Made by a program: the position numbers and the translations under genes
Shown here: positions 61,672 through 64,000 of the stretch, piece by piece
How the letters are laid out: the number at the start of each line of letters is the position of its first letter
Numbering within the stretch: position 1 is the stretch's first letter
Notes under the pieces: generated by a model
The model's database searches: none
What the model was told of the DNA's origin: nothing
Seen by the model: the letters and a program-made list of their open reading frames with translations, nothing else
Assembly: GCA_002633005.1 (NCBI GenBank)
Contig: NMRA01000342.1
Coordinates: 119,063-183,062, forward strand
DNA: 64,000 nucleotides
Direction of reading: 5' to 3'
Source of the DNA: Phoronis australis
Lineage: Eukaryota; Animalia; Phoronida

Positions 61672-64000
61672 CCGCTCAACTTATATTGGATACTTCTAAT
61701 CAAGGATTATGAAAACTTCTCAAATTGAAGTATTAAGAACTTTCAGTAATTATGTCTGTATCCAGTCGAGATCTTGTCAGTCAGCTGGTCAGGCAACACG
61801 CAAATCAAAGCACCTGTTGCTCGCTTCCGCAACGATTCACACAGTTCGGGTATCAACATGCTCGTCGTATTGTATACATAAAATATGTACTTGAATTACT
61901 AGACTAAAACAATTATTGAGTGAAAGCAGTTAGAATATATTTGTATTAACTAAGATTCGCGTATATTGGTGCAGTGCCGCTCGGACTGACTGCAAGCGGG
62001 AGTAGCGACATGGGTGTTATCGAGTTCGCAGACCTTCCAAATCCGGGCCACAGTGAAACGAAATGGGTGCTTTCCAAAGTGTCCGATAGCTATATAAGGG
62101 CATGGGACGCTTTTGGCCCATCAGTATATATATGGATTCACCTGGTAAAAAATGGAATTCAGCAGGCAACATCCGGCAACAAAAAACATGGAAAGACATA
62201 GGATGCCGGTGGAAAATTAGTGGATACGGGTCGGGGAACTCAGGTGGCGATTGCCGGGACAACTCTTAGTGACCATGTACCGGAGCGCCAATGTTCGAGG
62301 AAGTAATCATATGCACTCATGTAGTTCCCTCAGTTTTCTCATGATCACAAATGGTCAAGCAGTTGAACGCTTCACTTGACCAAACGTTGACCTCATAACG
62401 ACACAGAGACTGCATATAGGCACGTTTAGATTTGTGCCGGCGCAGGGGACCCACCTGTAGTGGAGATACTACCCTAGAATATGATACGGTACGTGCCTCT
62501 CAAAGGAGCGACTTTTCCACGGCCTGTATCCTTACGAAGGAGTGCCTTTTAATTCTGGAAAAATATCTACCAAGGTGGCATTCCAACAGAATTCCCTACA
62601 AAAGGGTTCATTTTCGTTCTTCGAAACTCTATTAGGTTCCCTGGCTTTTTCAAAGCGTTTCAATATTTTTAAAACCTTATGAGAAACCATGCACTCCATT
62701 TTTCTGACAATAGGACGTAACTGTTTCAGGCTGTGATGTAGTTTGAAGATATCTGTCCCGCAAGAATACCTAGAATAATGAAGTTATTTAAAAACAAAAC
62801 GGCGCAGGATTTCCGGAACAAAACTTAATGAAAGGTATGGTCATTTTCATTGAAGCTCCTTGCAGATGAACGTTTTTCAGTCAACCATACCCGCTTCCGA
62901 GCATTTCGGCACAGTTTAAATGTCAGTGGTGAAACATTTATTGGCCTGAGCGTTTCGGGAAAAGCATCCGAATCGGTGAACAAGACAAAGAGCCGATTTC
63001 GATTTGGCAATCTACGGGGTTTGGCCAGCACTAATACATGTACATGTTATAGCGTTTTGAGTCAGTGATGGTGTGAATGCTCTTAGTCTTAGTAATGGAA
63101 ATCAAGTTTTGCCAGAGGAAGCATAATTAACGGGTCTATTTTAATTAGCATTAAAAACTTAAAGGAACATTTCGCTGCTGTTTAGCTATGATTTCAAAGA
63201 GGCGCATCAGCATGGTCGATCTTGAACTGTTGAATTGTCGCCGAATGAGCCGGCAAATCAGGTAGCAGGCAATGCGTATATTGATGCTTGATTTTCAAAC
63301 ATTCAGTAATACTTAAGCTGACCTACATTCAAAACCTAAATTTAGTTAAAACAATTAAGTTTTTATAACGTTTGACAACTCTTAATCCTGGCCTGTGCAA
63401 ACAAAAAAATTTGGCGTACTCAATAAATTCAAGACATGTTTTCTTTTATGCGCACTGACCACTATTAAAAATACTCATTCTGCTTGAAAACCCTCTTTTA
63501 GTATATACCCTGCTTGAAAATGTATTACAAGTTTTCACACAAACAACTTCCTCATTACTTTCAAATCAACATTATATGCTGACATGATCGAAACAACAGA
63601 TCAACTTGAATTAGAAATTTTCGTTTGCCACTCCTAGGAAACTTTATTTTTACTTATCGCAACTACAGTGGCATACTCAAGACCCCCTTTTACAAATCAA
63701 ACACGTAGACTCACTGTTTACGTTATCGTACACCTATAATCATCAATGAAAATAAATTAGCCTCTTCAGTTTCGGATAAGATACATGTAAACGTCCAATC
63801 ATTTGCTGGACTTTCAAGATATCACAAGAACAGTCAAACTTTTAGATAAAAATACGATATTACTCAAGCTGCTTCTCGTACAATTATATCCAAAGTGAAT
63901 TACACCAAAGACGTTAACTCTCTACGATCTTTGATTACACTGAAACACTGCTCATTTGTGCGCACAACACACGCACCCGCACGCACATACACGAGCACAA

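Noticed and set aside
62828-62870. ATG AAA G|gtatgg as a DUOXA (MKG...) start
   Set aside because: Only three residues of similarity and no downstream DUOXA exon is visible.

Overview
AT-rich, intron-containing animal DNA. The repeat landscape and protein style suggest a marine invertebrate, possibly a deuterostome (inference only). About two thirds of the window (~19.3-61.7 kb, minus strand) is one dual oxidase (DUOX) gene. I reconstructed 29 GT-AG coding exons with consistent phases, giving about 1,619 aa: signal peptide, peroxidase-homology domain, TM, EF-hands, six-TM NOX domain with four heme His, and FAD/NADPH domains ending ...HFENF*. The donor of the first coding exon is uncertain. 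The last three coding exons of an arrestin-domain (alpha-arrestin/ARRDC-like) gene lie on the plus strand at 8.4-12.3 kb. Between the two genes is a candidate unannotated small spliced gene (minus, 14.0-17.3 kb). The rest is transposon material (Academ-like end, P-like TIR element, Kolobok/hAT/Tc1-type MITEs, tRNA-derived SINE heads, LINE fossils) and micro/minisatellites. The most unusual observations are tandem duplications of DUOX splice sites at three exon boundaries, a ~200-bp inverted-repeat pair bracketing the exons around the retained proximal heme His, and the candidate small gene. No prokaryotic systems (CRISPR etc.) are present.
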